Shown piece by piece: positions 51,172-64,000 of a stretch of 64,000 nt of DNA. The notes beneath the pieces are model-generated. The model saw only the letters and a list, made by a program, of their open reading frames with translations. It searched no databases and was not told the origin of the DNA. Source of the stretch: Paraspadella gotoi (taxonomy: Eukaryota; Animalia; Chaetognatha); the NCBI GenBank assembly GCA_051294375.1, contig CM119265.1, forward strand, positions 6,457,489-6,521,488. The letters are read 5' to 3'. How positions within the stretch are numbered: position 1 is the first letter of the stretch; the number at the start of each line of letters is the position of its first letter. A program made the translations under genes and the position numbers.

Positions 51172-54100
51172 CTTTACTCGCTCGTATGTCCAAGAAATTT
51201 AACATTTAGGTTGCAAAAAACCTATTCGTTAGCTATTTCATTGATTTTTTTTCCAATCACAATGTAGTGGCTGCCCATTAAATGTGCAATGACGTCGATA
51301 CAGTTAGTCATTTTAATTTTACCATCTTCGAAAATGAATAAGTCGCCAACACTTTGGGCTAACTTTAGACCCCTTTAATATAGAAATCGTGAGTTGGAAA
51401 ATGATATATTTAAAAAAATTTATTTTTGTAATTCGAATTAGCGGTAAAATGCGATTTAAATATTGAGATTCTAATAAAAGGAAGGATGTTAAAGAAAAAT
51501 CTGACCTTTTCCATTTTTATGAGAATTTTCTAAAAACAATCATTTATCTCATAATTTTTTTTTGATCTATTATTATACTTAATATAACCTTTAGGGGTTT
51601 AGATCTATGCCTTATTTTATATTAGTATTAAGCTATACTAAATAAAATGTTTACTTACTGAGATAATCTTAACGTTGAAAACTTATTTCGTAACAATGAT
51701 TTCATATACCTCTTTTCTTTTATTCCTTACTATGGTATTTTTAATCATATTACGCTATATAAAAAAATTGACTTTATTTTTATTCAAATATTTTTTTTAT
51801 CTTTAAAACAAAAGCTGTCAAAGTTACGGTAACTAGAAAAGGATTCCGCGACTAATTTTCCAAGATGGTATTTAATCAAATTTAATGTGGATAAAGATAT
51901 TTATTTTAAATTTTAATATAAAAATTGAAGTATTTTAATATAAATTAAAAAATGTAATTTAATTAAATATATTTTGCTTTTTTTTTACCGATACGGGAAA
52001 TTGCTTAAAAAATTAATTAAAACAAAAAAAATTACCTTTTCTTTTGCTTTGTTATGTAATAAGTGTTTTGGTTTTTTTCTTTTGTATTTTATTTTATTTT
52101 TAACTGTTTTTTAGTTAAAAATAAAATAAAATTATTATTTACCTTACTCATAGACTTTTCGTTTCTCTAAATAAACGAATGGAGGTACAGTTTAAATTTT
52201 TTATCCATTATCACATTCAAAGCCATAAAATCGGGTTTTCGTATTATTAAAGTTATATTAATACTACTCCTATCAACAAACTTGAAACAATAATACAGAA
52301 AGCAAGATGAAACTCCACTTTAACTTCATCACAAAAAATTATGAGTACAAGAGAGGAAACCGTAAAATATCCCAATAAGGGGTTGTAATGATTTTTTGTA
52401 TTATCTGCTGATTTAAACTTAGTGACTAAGAGTAGATCGACGCAAAAGAGTAAATGTGTCGCCCTCATGCATTTTTCTTTTTGGAGGGCATTAAGGAATG
52501 CTCTTTTCACATTTAAAAAGACGTCGAGCTGCCTTATAGTTGTAGCAACAAAAGAAGAACATATCATATTTTACGAAACATCCTGAGAAAAATTGTCTTA
52601 AATATATGGAGTATGTTAGAGATGCAGAGACTGCAACACCTAGGTAGATTTAATCTAAAATCTGTTCCTGTTGTCGCGTTTTTAAATACCTTTGTTTCAT
52701 TGTAGTATGTAAATCTGTGGAAAAAGTTAAATGTTTACTTATTTATTTTGAGAAAAAAACTTGAAGCTGGCTATGTCTATAAGTTGATATATACTTGAAA
52801 GTCGACCAGTCATGATTTATATATTAAATGGCGGGCTTTGTTTTAGATTCAGGCTTGCCTTCGTTTTGTTGATTCTTCTTGGCAAGTTTTTACCCGAGCT
52901 AGTTAAAGAAATTGAATAACGATTAATGGTAGTCGCATGTATCACTTAATTTTAGATTTAAATTTTGGCTATTTATTACTCTAAAAAATCAATTTGTTTA
53001 CAAAAAACTCGGATTAAACTAGCTGTGTTTTGTGTTATGCATTTTTTTGTGTTTAAATTCCACGCTTTTTGGATGAGCACTTAATGATCATTCTTTTGGA
53101 ATAATTTTTCAAATTGATACTGCTAAGCTTTGAAAACAATACTAATCACAAGAAATGATGCTGTTTAAGCACCCAAATTATTTGTAATAAACTTAAAAGA
53201 TCCATTCGCCTCGTTATTTTTGGTAGATGCGTCAAATTAGTAATGGGCAATTAATTGAGGTCATAACAGGCCTTAACCGATCATAGCCTGTCCAAAGTCT
53301 AATGCAAGATAGCTTATTTGGCATAATTGGCATAATTTTACTTTCGCCGAGGGTTTACTATTAGGGTAATTAGGTAATTATTTTTTTTTATCTCGCCAGA
53401 TGGGCAAATGCCCGACTTAAGTGAGATGTTAATTCGTTTTTGCTTTTGATTAAAGTTGTTGTCGTTGTCACGTTTTAACATTAAAAATAGTTCAAATGTG
53501 TAGTTAAGAAGTTAAAAATTTATATATAGTTTTTAATCAGTAAGATCTTTTAGATTCATACATTTCATATTTTTATTCATTTTTATTATCATTGTATTAA
53601 TAATTATTATTATATTAATAATTTGTTATTATTGTATCAATAATTCGTTATCATAGCTAGGGATTGTAAGAAAAAAAAATAAAAAAAAGAAGGGAAGAAA
53701 AAAAGGGGGGAAAAAGAAATTGAGTAATTATATAAAAGGTTTATTCTGTTACAGATAATTTAATTGATAAAATTGTAATTAGATTTTGTTTGGGCCCTTT
53801 TAAAGTTAAGGGGTAAAGTTAGGCCCCTATTTAAGTCAAATCAAAGCATCTTTATTAGTAATGTCCTAAATTTTTTTAATATATAGTTTATTTTATTTTT
53901 AATGGGGTTTTTAATTAAATCAATTTAAGGCTTTTTTTAAATTATCGAGAGCAGGGGGCCCTCCATTTCCATTACCCCCTTGATCATAACATCAATAATT
54001 CATTATTAATGCATCAATAATCAATTATTATTATATTAATATTTTTTTATCGTATCAATCATTTTATTTTTTTTCGGATTTTTTTTGATAGTAACGTCTG

Positions 54101-56006
54101 GCGAGATCACTATACTTTTAAGATTTAATTACAAAACACAGATGAAGAGAGAGAAAAAAAAAGAAATTTCTACTTTATTTTCATACCTATAAAGTAAAAT
54201 CTGTTCTGTAAAGATGAGTTTTCAATGATTTTAACAAGGATGGCACAGTTTATTTCCACAAGACAATGTTCAATCTATATGGGTTCATGATGCAATTTAT
54301 GATCGAATAATGTTATAACTCAATTCGGAGAACAACACAAGACACAAGGTAAGACCATTATAACAAATTTATGATCCAATCAAGGGAGGTTCTGATCTAT
54401 ATAAGGCGAAAATATTTCTAGGTTGAACTTTTTCAGAAACCCATATTAAATATTTGTGTACTTTATTTACTATAATAATTAATGTTTAAAAGATGGGTTT
54501 GCGTCAAGTTCTTCCCAATGCTTGATTAGGATCATGTTTTTCCAAGTGATTTCCTTGAATACGGTCAGTTCAACATGAACAGAAGAGGAATACTACTTTT
54601 CACATGCCTATGCTTCTTACAATGATTCTTTTTTCACAAAGGGAATATTTGATTGACAGTAATTTCATTAATAAAATAATGGGTTTATCTGGTGTAGAAT
54701 TCGGTTGTCGCTTTTCTAACACAGGTTCATATTATGTATGATTTTCCTCCGTTGTTAATCGTAAAAGATACTAAAAGAGGACAGAATCATGGGGGGTATT
54801 TAGAAGCCTTGGCATGCAAAATTGTTTGCATATTTCTTGAGTATATGCTGCTAGGTCGTTCAAATGTATATTTACATTTTTCAGTTTTAGTTTAATCAAT
54901 ATCTCAGTTGGGTATCGAGATTCCGCGATTAGTATAGTCAGTATATTATTGGTGATGTAAAAATGTTGCATTGTATGGTTACTATTCACTACCGGTGTTT
55001 GTGATTGTTAAAATGAAGTGTTGAAATATTTTTTTTTGATAGCTTCTAAATAATAAAATCTAGTTCCGGATCCGATTTAGTATTTTCGGGATTAAAATCT
55101 AGAATGTATCACCATAAATTATACTGATTTCATTAGAATTAAAAGGCAATGTATGATCATTTGTCAAGGATCATGCGCATGTTTTAATTTGTAGTAAATT
55201 CATCTTTAACTATTTCTTAAAATAGTTATTATATTTATTGCTTTTGATGAGTTTAGCAACAGTTCTGTTTAAGTAATCAACCCAGAAATAAAATCCACTA
55301 GAAAGCAATTTTAACTCAGCATATAGTTGTGACTCAAGGGTACAAGCACTCATGCAAGTTTGTGGGAATGATTACATGACAGCAAAAAACAATGTAAGGC
55401 AGGTAAGTAAACATCTCCCTCTATTTGAGATTTCTGAAAATAGGTTTCGCTGACTAGAGCTACATAGTGGGAAGTGATTCACTATATACTGTTTCGAAAT
55501 TCATACATCAATTCAACAGTTTTCATCATAATTGAGCGAAAGATATATCACGTTCAAGACTTCCTTGTCCAACAAGGACTGAATCGTAACTTACAGCAGA
55601 TAACGAGATAGTACTTGGGGATCATTAATGAAGGTAATCATTTTATTATTTCTTTTGCTTGTGGGACGTACATGGCTTCGTGTTTTAAGAAATATATTTT
55701 GAGTGAAGCCTCAAGTCATTTTTATTAAATTAATATGGTTTAGATAATAATCTAAATATACTTAGTAATTCCCTTTGATTAAAAATACTAATTATGACCG
55801 ATTTAAACTTGTTTGTTGTACATAAACACCCTCGTCCGTTTAACCTAAGAGGTTAGGAATAATAAAAATGTTAGGCGATAAATTCAGGGAATGTTGAAGT
55901 GGCAATGATGCTTTGGTAGAAAGGGTCACTTTTTGCATAGGGAAAACCAGAGTATGATAAACATTTCTTAAACAAAACTATTTTTAAATAAAAATTATCT
56001 TAAAAG

Positions 56007-59000
56007 TCAGGAAGGAAAATAGGTTAATATCAGAGAACATATTTTTTGAGGGTGAACCTCCTCAGGATGGCGCGACATGACATACTTAACTTTCTCCTCT
56101 TCAAATATACCGCATAGTCTGTTGTACAGCATTTCTTTAGCAGTTTCAGGAGACATTTCCCCCAATACTGGTTCAGCGTTAAAGTCAACACACCCTTCAG
56201 AAGCATCTTTTATTTTCGTTGGTCCTGTTTCTTTATTTTCATTTGAACAAGCACTGTCAGTCAAACTTGTTCGGTTTGGGTGCACGACTTCACTTGTTGC
56301 CCTAGTAGTCCCTGAAGATACTGATATTGTAGGTGGTTCTCGAGTCACAGCCCATGGTGAAGGCGCTCTTTGTTGATAAAGATGCCGATATCCTGTACTC
56401 TCTTGCCAGGCTCCCCAGGTGCTTTCATGATTTGAACTTTTTCCCGCTGGAACATTTATATGAGAGGCGTTACACCATTGATTGTAGTTTGGTGAATAAT
56501 CCCCTGGAAAATCGAAGTATTGTCAGTCATAGACACTTATGAAAAGAACTTTAGTTATGAAAAGAACTTACCAAAGTTTACGTTTAATTGAGTATCTGAG
56601 CAAGAATTTTGGCGAGTCAATCTCATAATACCACTTTGTATAAAGTGGCCTCTTCCTCTGACGCCAGTGTCCATGTATGTTTGCAACCTTCCTCTTATTA
56701 TATTTGGAGGAGGAAATTGTTCTAAGGTTCCAGGCTGTATATTTCCATGACCTACAGTTCTCGTCACTGATGGCGTAGTAACATTTTGAAAATATACTCC
56801 TGGTCTTCTATGGACATCTGGACTAACGCTTCTGCCCCTCCTACCACCCGAAATGTTCAGATGGTCACCCCCCGGTGATAAAGATCGTATAAAAGATTCA
56901 TTCGAAGGGGTAATCGTTACTTGTCTCGCCAACGGTGAATGACCATGAGATGTCAATTGTGATGGATTAATTTGAGAATCTTCATTAAAAATAGGCATGC
57001 TATGTTTCAGCAGCCCTACGGGATTCACTGTGGAGTTTGCCCCGCCAGCAGGGCCTGCTCCACTCCCTGTGCTGAAGTTGTCCCCATACGGGGCGTCGAG
57101 CCTTGTTTCCGAAAGTTGTTTTGCCACAGACAAACAGCTGCCATCGTCGTAAAAACTAGCGCCCGCCCCGGGAACGGCGGAAGTTAGTAGAGAAGGTGGT
57201 GGAAAGTTTGTTTGCAAAGTTCGAGGAAATCCTGAGGGAGACTGTGTTCGTGGACTTCCGAACGCCGGCAAGTGAGGTTCACTTGTGGCTGGACGAATTG
57301 GGCCATGAAAATGAGAAAACCATGTTTGACCAGTCGGTTTTTGAATTGGCGGAGGTGGTTGAGAAAAAAGTGGTAGTGGCGGTGGGATTCCTGTCAAATT
57401 AAGTATACAGTCAGTTTTCTATTCAGAAGAAATAAAAAAAAATATATTTTGAGAAAACCAATTATGTGCCTGGTGGGGGTAGATTTGGATGAAATACAGT
57501 TGATTGTAGTTCTGACGGAAATGCATAACAATGGTTTGATGATGTAGGTTTTGGACCTTTTTGTTGATCGTATTTGCGTTGAATATCATCATAGCTCAAA
57601 GCCTTCCCCGTATCAGAAGTAACAACTAACGAAACTGGGAAAATTAAAACCTTTTGACTTAAAAAACATCGATGAATAAAGAAATATACGACTGCGGAAT
57701 ACCTAGAAGATTATCACTTGATCCAGTTGCAGTCGTAGTAAGTCGATGTTGGTTGGCGCTCGCGTGTAACATCCAACCGGGGGATGCCCTCTGGAATCCC
57801 TGGCAGGAACTTCCTGAGCTCATGGAATCCAAACTCTCTTGATGTCCACATTCATCAAGGCTCTGAAATATGCATTATGTCAGTTAATTTTCAAAACAGA
57901 TCAAGCTTTTTTTTTTATAACATAGCTCGCCATCATTATCAAGTTTATCGTTCTTATCATCAACGTTGTCAACGTCACTGCTGTTTTTTCGTCAGTATTT
58001 AAATCGCCATCTTCATTATGAACAAGAATTTTACCATTCCGATCGTCTCAATTTTATATCCATTGCGAATCATCATAGTACTTAGTAGTTCGTTTTTGAA
58101 CAAGTTTGAGCAAACAATGTCGGATCTGCCTACAATAATTAAGTGGTAATCAACTAATCCGATGATAAATAACGATAATTCTTTTTGACTTTCATTTTGA
58201 CTTTCAGTTTATAACAAATCATAACCTAACAAACCATAATAGACTTCTTAAAAAAAATATGAAAAAAATCTATAAATTATGTATCAATGAACCAGTAGCT
58301 GCGCCAATACCAACTTGCAAAATTTGGTCAACTGGCATAACTTGGTCAACTGGCATAATTTGGTCAACTGGCATAATTTGATCAACTGGCATAATTTGGT
58401 CAACTGGCATAATTTTGTCAACTTGCAAATATTGTCAACTGACATAATTTGTTCAACTGACATAATTTGGTCAACCTGCATAATTTGGACAACTGGCATA
58501 ATTTGGTCGACTGGCATAATTTGGTCGACTGGCATAATTTGGTCAACTGGCATAATTTGGTCAACTGGCATAATTTGGTCAACTGGCATAATTTGGTCAA
58601 CTTACATAATTTTGTCAACTTGCATAATTTTTTCATATATTTTTTTATTATATATCATTTTGATAATAGATCATAACAGATAAAAAAAACCTAACAGATA
58701 AATAAAAATTTTAAAAAAAATATCAATCAATCAGTCAAACAACATAACAATTATCTAATTAAAGATTGAATTAAAGATTAAAGATTTTATTTGTGAGAAA
58801 GAGAGCGAGAGAGAGAAACTTTAATTAAGTTTAAATATATGTGACTTTTCTTTTTTCTATTAAAACTAATTTCCAATTGCACGATTCAATCGAGATTTTA
58901 TATCCAGCTCAATCACACAATTTTCTACCCACATACAAAATTTTATTCCAATCCAACCATCCAATCACGAGTATTTGGAGTTTAATGCTAAGGAGGGACG

Positions 59001-62000
59001 GACGGATATACAAACGGATGGAGGGACATCTTTTTTTTGCATAATTTATCATAATTTAACGTTCTGAGATGATCTAAGTAACTTACCGACAAGATTTAGG
59101 GGTCGGACCAACGGACCGACAAAGTGGATTATAGAGTCTGCTGATAAACAGATCCGACTAAAAACAAAAGTCATCATCTTTACCTTCATTGTAAGGTCAG
59201 TGGGTAATATCATTTTAGTCAGAAATAATCGCATATTGTATATCATTGCTTTCACATTTTACATAGCATACGAGTAAAGATTTTCTAGCGTTAAGTTGAT
59301 TTCAAAAAGAAACTAATAAATGTGGCGTCATTTATAGTTGTACACAATTTCTAACTATTGAATAATATGAATATACCTTATAAGTTGACTTTTTTGAGTT
59401 GTTAGATTGATCTCCAGTCGTTTCAGTACCCTCTTCAGATTTAGATTTTGGTGGCAACAGTTTTGTTGGGGAAAGCAAGATAGCTTTAGATTTTTGTAGT
59501 TTCCTTGCTGTTCGTGGTGTCATCGCCCCTGAGGTACTGTCACTTGATGTCGGTGACAGATCTCTTGGACTTCGTTGAGATTTTGAAGATTCCGTTGATG
59601 ATGTTCTACTTTTGTTGAGACTACTTGAGGTTGATTTGCTATGCGCTTTCCTCTCTTCCTTTCTCTGCTGTAACTTTTCTACAAGATGAATAAAATTTAA
59701 TAAATATTAATGTGAACTTTGTAATATTTACAAAAGAGAAAAACGTTCTCCTGTCCGTTTTTGTATTTATTGTACCTTTGGCCTGTTCTGCTAGCATTTC
59801 CGTAACAGAACGGTGAGGTTTTCCAGGGTGATAGAATTTACATTTGTTTCCATATGTACACTTTTTTCCATAGGGACATATGGGCAAATGTGTTTCACTT
59901 TGTTCCCTCGATAGCAAAGCATCTAAGGTAGTGCCTTGTCTGAAAACGATCATGCAATTTGTTATCTTTATGTTAAGAGTAAATCATTTACTGTAATAGT
60001 CAGTAACATCCTAGCACATATTTTGGCTTTCTTCTTTTGTACATACATATTCGTAGTTTGTTTTTTATTCATCTTATTTGACATTAGAAACACATGTTGC
60101 ATGCTGTTAGAGCGGTTTTTAATATTATAAAAAAATTATTTGTAGATACATTATGAAGTGATCATTTTATATAGAAAAGAACGAAAGAAGAAGAAATAAA
60201 AAAGTTGACACGAAGAATAAACAGATAAAAAACTCTTTCAGAATAGGAATTTCGCTTAATTGAAATTCACCTGATTAACGTGTCCTCTGGTGGCACAAAC
60301 CTATCATTCACAAAAGAATACAAGAGTATCCTCTCTTCTATTAACTTTCTGTTGTCTTCATTATCATTGACTAGATCCCGAAAATTCTCATTAGAAACGA
60401 GAATCCCATCAGTTTGTGCCGCCATTTTGAGTAACCAACGTTCTTCATGATTGCTATGTCGACCTAAAGAAAAAAAGTTTAGTTATGCATTAAGGATTGA
60501 CGCAAGCGGGTTTTAAAAAGCTTATACAGGAAAAAATTAAGCTTGATTCTATAAAGAAATAAAAAGTTTTATTATCACAATACACCTAAAACCAAGGAGA
60601 GACAGAATTGGCAGAAGGAGAGAGAAACGGGAGAGAAAACAAGAGAGAAAACGGGAAAATAAGAGAGGAAAAATTAACATGCCATGAACTGGAAATATTT
60701 TTTTTATCTGAATAAAAAGCAATTAGAAGCGCTAGCAGTCGACAGTCGCACCATCTTCTGGCACTTTACGAATTTGACAAAAGAGCGACAGCTGGAAAAA
60801 TTCGAGTGAAGCGAGGAAAAGAGGGGCGAGAAAGGGAACAGGGGAGAAAGAAGGAACTGGGGGAGAAAAAATGGAGAGGAAAAGAGAGAGAGAGGGAGAG
60901 AGAGAGAGAGAGCGATATATAATAAAAGAAACGAGATAAAGCGACGTATAAATGAGAACAAAAATTAGAGAAAATTAATGAATAAAAGAATCTCGCTTCT
61001 TGCGCCCTTTATAACCTTTTAGTCAAATTATACGAAAAACAGAGAATCAAAAAATAATTTTTAATTATGAAAACATAAGGTGATGAAGGACATCGATGAT
61101 TTAGATGCTATATCTAAATTTTCATCTTCATATAATACAACTTCTAACATAAGACGGACTATATGTTAGTTAATATTATTAAAAATATCTCCGATTGCCT
61201 TGGACAGAAAATTGAGGAAGACGACGACTACGTCATAATGATGCCATTATTGACAAAATCGACGATGAAAAAATCGATATCGACAGTTAAGAATGGCAAA
61301 GATTTTTTTTCACTCGTAATAAGACTATCAGCGCTTATAATTATTTAGTTATATATATCTAGTTGTATATATATAGTTATATGTACAAAAACGTTGCCGA
61401 GAAAAGTAATTTACCTGCTTCCATTCTTCTCGCAGGCACGTATGAAAGCATTCTGTCTTTTTCTAGTTGACCCAAAATTTCTGATTCGTTTTTATCATCA
61501 GGGACTCTTTGGGGCAACACGACGGTGATTTCTTGATGTCCTCTTTGCTTAAACCATTCGACAGCAATTTTAATACCCTATTTAAATTTATAATTTTTAA
61601 TCTTAAGAAGAAAAGAGCACGAAAAAAATTCATACCTGAGCAGAGAACCGTTCTTTATTACCATAAGTCATGGCAACATTATTTCCGTCAAGGATTACAT
61701 GTCTCAGAGGGGATGATCGAAAATCGAATTCTATTTCTGAACCATCTGAGCCAGAAATCACTGATGGTACTGAGTCCAAAGGTCCAGGGGTTGATCTTGC
61801 CGAGCCACCACTGCCACTTCCAGCTCCTATTGCAAAAAAAAAAATAGCCTTTTTAAAAGAATTTTTTGCAAAGATTTTACAGACCTTAAAAACATTTGTA
61901 ATATAACATAATGTAATAGAAAGAATTTAGGGTTAAAGTTTAAAAACGTTTCATTTTCAAGGTTACTAGTTGAAATTTATAAATGTCTTTATTACANNNN

Positions 62001-62887
62001 NNNNNNTTACTAGTTGAAATTTTAAAATGTCTTTATTACATTTTTCTAATTCAGTAATAAAAAATTCTTTACAAATATCACATGGATTGGCTTTTTCGTT
62101 TGACCTGCAACTCTTCAGATAGATATTCTTTTATTTTATATTATAATTAAGACCGATATAAAATGGCGTAGAATGGCATCAAATGTTTAAAATGAATAAA
62201 TTTTCGACAGGAGCTCAGCTTTTTGAATCTGTACTTCGTTTTGGCCTATTTTAAAGTTGTTTTGAATGACCCTTTTTCTTAAGCAGATTTGTTTCAACTC
62301 TAATGATATTTTTTTTAAATTTTATAACAAATTATTAAGAATATATATAAATAGAGTAGTCCTCATGATCAAAAAGAAATGCATAAAATAATTGTATTCT
62401 GTTGAGAAAGAATCTTTTTATTCCGTCCTAAGGAGGTCATGCTATATATTTAAACCTATTTACCGGTCAAAAAATATATTTGATAGCTGTCCAAGCCAAT
62501 AGGACAAGCTCATTTTCACCAAGCTAAACGGAAGGCGAATTTAGGATTCGCCACAGATTAATAAATATTTTTAAGTGGTTTTTCAAAAGACGCCAAAATC
62601 CTGGTCGGCGAAATTAAAATTTTGCCAATATTTTAATAAAGGAATATGTAAGTTATAAAATGGCGCGTTTTTTTACACATGCGAGTATATTGGCCGCTTA
62701 CCGGTTGCTCCTTCGTATTCACTATCAGTTCTTGCCAAAGAACCTAATTTAATAAGCTCTGCCAAAAGATCATTTTGAGTATGGTGCGGTCCAATTTTCA
62801 CCAAAGCTTGTTGTAACTGTTCTTCAGTATAACCAAGTTTGACCGCAAATTCGAGTTTTTGTTCGTATTCTGGATCCTCAACCGATT
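56007..62887 (-). CDS. ZC3H12: Regnase/ZC3H12 family protein (N-terminal UBA-like domain, PIN/NYN, CCCH finger, C-terminal domain); 5' exon(s) probably extend to ~63600
   Basis: KLEFAVKLGYTEEQ..NDLLAELIKLG; LRHVILDGNNVAMTYGNKERFS..WFKQRGH; DGILVSNENFRD..IEERILLYSFVNDRFVPPED; CPYGKKCTYGNKCKFYHP; LCGIFEEEKVKYVMSRHP. Confidence 0.93.
58099..59111 (+). mobile_element. HINE-like element copy 3 carrying an internal 18-bp tandem array
   Basis: Shared 5' end, GGAC microsatellite remnant at ~58996, and 3' end ccgacaagatttaggggtcggac. Confidence 0.65.
58310..58630 (+). repeat. 18-bp minisatellite (tggtcaactggcataatt) x ~17
   Basis: Directly visible; it explains the repetitive ORFs on both strands. 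Confidence 0.95.
61997..62006. other. Assembly gap (10 N) with duplicated flanks
   Basis: ttactagttgaaattt.taaatgtctttattaca appears on both sides of the N run. Confidence 0.95.
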
Positions 62888-64000
62888 CTGAAGTTTAAAA
62901 GACAAAAACGATTCAAAAATAAAACTTTCAATCGCAAAAGCTGCTCCTTATTGTGAGTTCTGTCAATAACAAATTATACAGTATGATTCTTCTCAATTGT
63001 AACATTTACTGTGACGATAACTCAGAGACCTTTCACCCTAGATACTTAAAATTTAATAAGTCTTTAGCAGTAACTTCTTTACCCCAATGAAATCATCATA
63101 TTTGTTGAGTATTGCTCAACAAATATGATGATTTCAAAGTTGCTCAATGAGCAACTTTTTATTTTTTTATCTTTTAATGTTTCAGGAAGTCACAACCAAT
63201 CAAAACTTAGTTAAATTTAAAGGATATAGTATGCAAAATGTAGCATCTTAAGCTCAAGCTTAAGTGCTTAGTAACATTTCAAAATTATGAGGAAATATTT
63301 TTTTTATAAAACGTCAGCTGATTTTATAAACTTTTTTAAATTTAAAAAATTCAGTTTAAAAAAAATTTTAAAAAATTATTAAATGGGTAACGCAGGGGCC
63401 CCCCCCCCGCTCTCCATAATTTTAGTTTTCGATTACCGACTTTCTGCCTTGAAAATTGCTCCAGTGCTCAAACTTCTGCCTCCAGGACTTGCAACCTGGC
63501 ATTGGTGTTTTACTGGCACTTTTTTTTTTAAATCACAATTATTGTGCCTCTCCTCTCGTCTGAGCGAGGGGTCTAAATTTTTTAAACCTTCTGACTAGAT
63601 GAGATTTAGCGCTTATTTTTAACCATGAGCGGCAATAGAGATAAAATATAATATAATATATGTAAATATATAAATTAATAATAACCCAAGTCCCAAAGAA
63701 AAGGATTATCGTGTATGCTATCATTGCTTTGGTTACTATCTCATAAAGTATTGTGGGGCCCGCATTGATTTTAAATAAAGTCATAAGAACTTTCCTTTGA
63801 AATGGTTTGTTTTTTACCTCTAGAAGAGCCCTAACTTGACTGAATTAGTGGCCCCATTAAAAGTGAAATGGACTTTATCCTGAAACAGTTGGGACATTAC
63901 CAATGGGCCTTGATTTGACTTAAATAGGGGCCCAACTTGACCCCTAAAGTCTAAAGGGGCCCCAAGCATGATCTAAGTTGAATTTGATCAGTTAGACTAA

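Noticed and set aside
58284-58683. Repetitive ORFs or a CRISPR-like array
   Set aside because: Head-to-tail 18-bp minisatellite with no unique spacers, in a eukaryotic intron.

Overview
AT-rich, intron-dense animal (invertebrate-like) genomic DNA, not prokaryotic. Gene models were spliced by eye, so exon limits are approximate unless stated. Minus strand, right to left: a Regnase/ZC3H12 gene, a spectrin-repeat KASH (nesprin-like) gene with a ~3.5 kb AEEEAEKERLRI repeat array, IRAK1BP1/SIMPL, Nck/Dock, a multi-Tudor gene whose intron holds a complete same-strand CK2-alpha gene, and the 5' part of ARHGEF7/beta-PIX. Alpha-catenin is on the plus strand. The most striking unexplained signal is a small non-coding LTR element whose LTR folds as a circularly permuted (type-P5) twister self-cleaving ribozyme. 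It occurs twice: an LTR-PBS-internal-partial-LTR copy in an Nck intron, and a solo LTR with a GTAC target-site duplication in IRAK1BP1 intron 1, later split by a 4.5 kb long-TIR transposon. This resembles an animal twister-based LTR retrozyme. Other highlights: IRAK1BP1 and Nck are only 60 in-frame, stop-free nt apart, and three catalytic Asp positions of the Regnase PIN domain are Glu.
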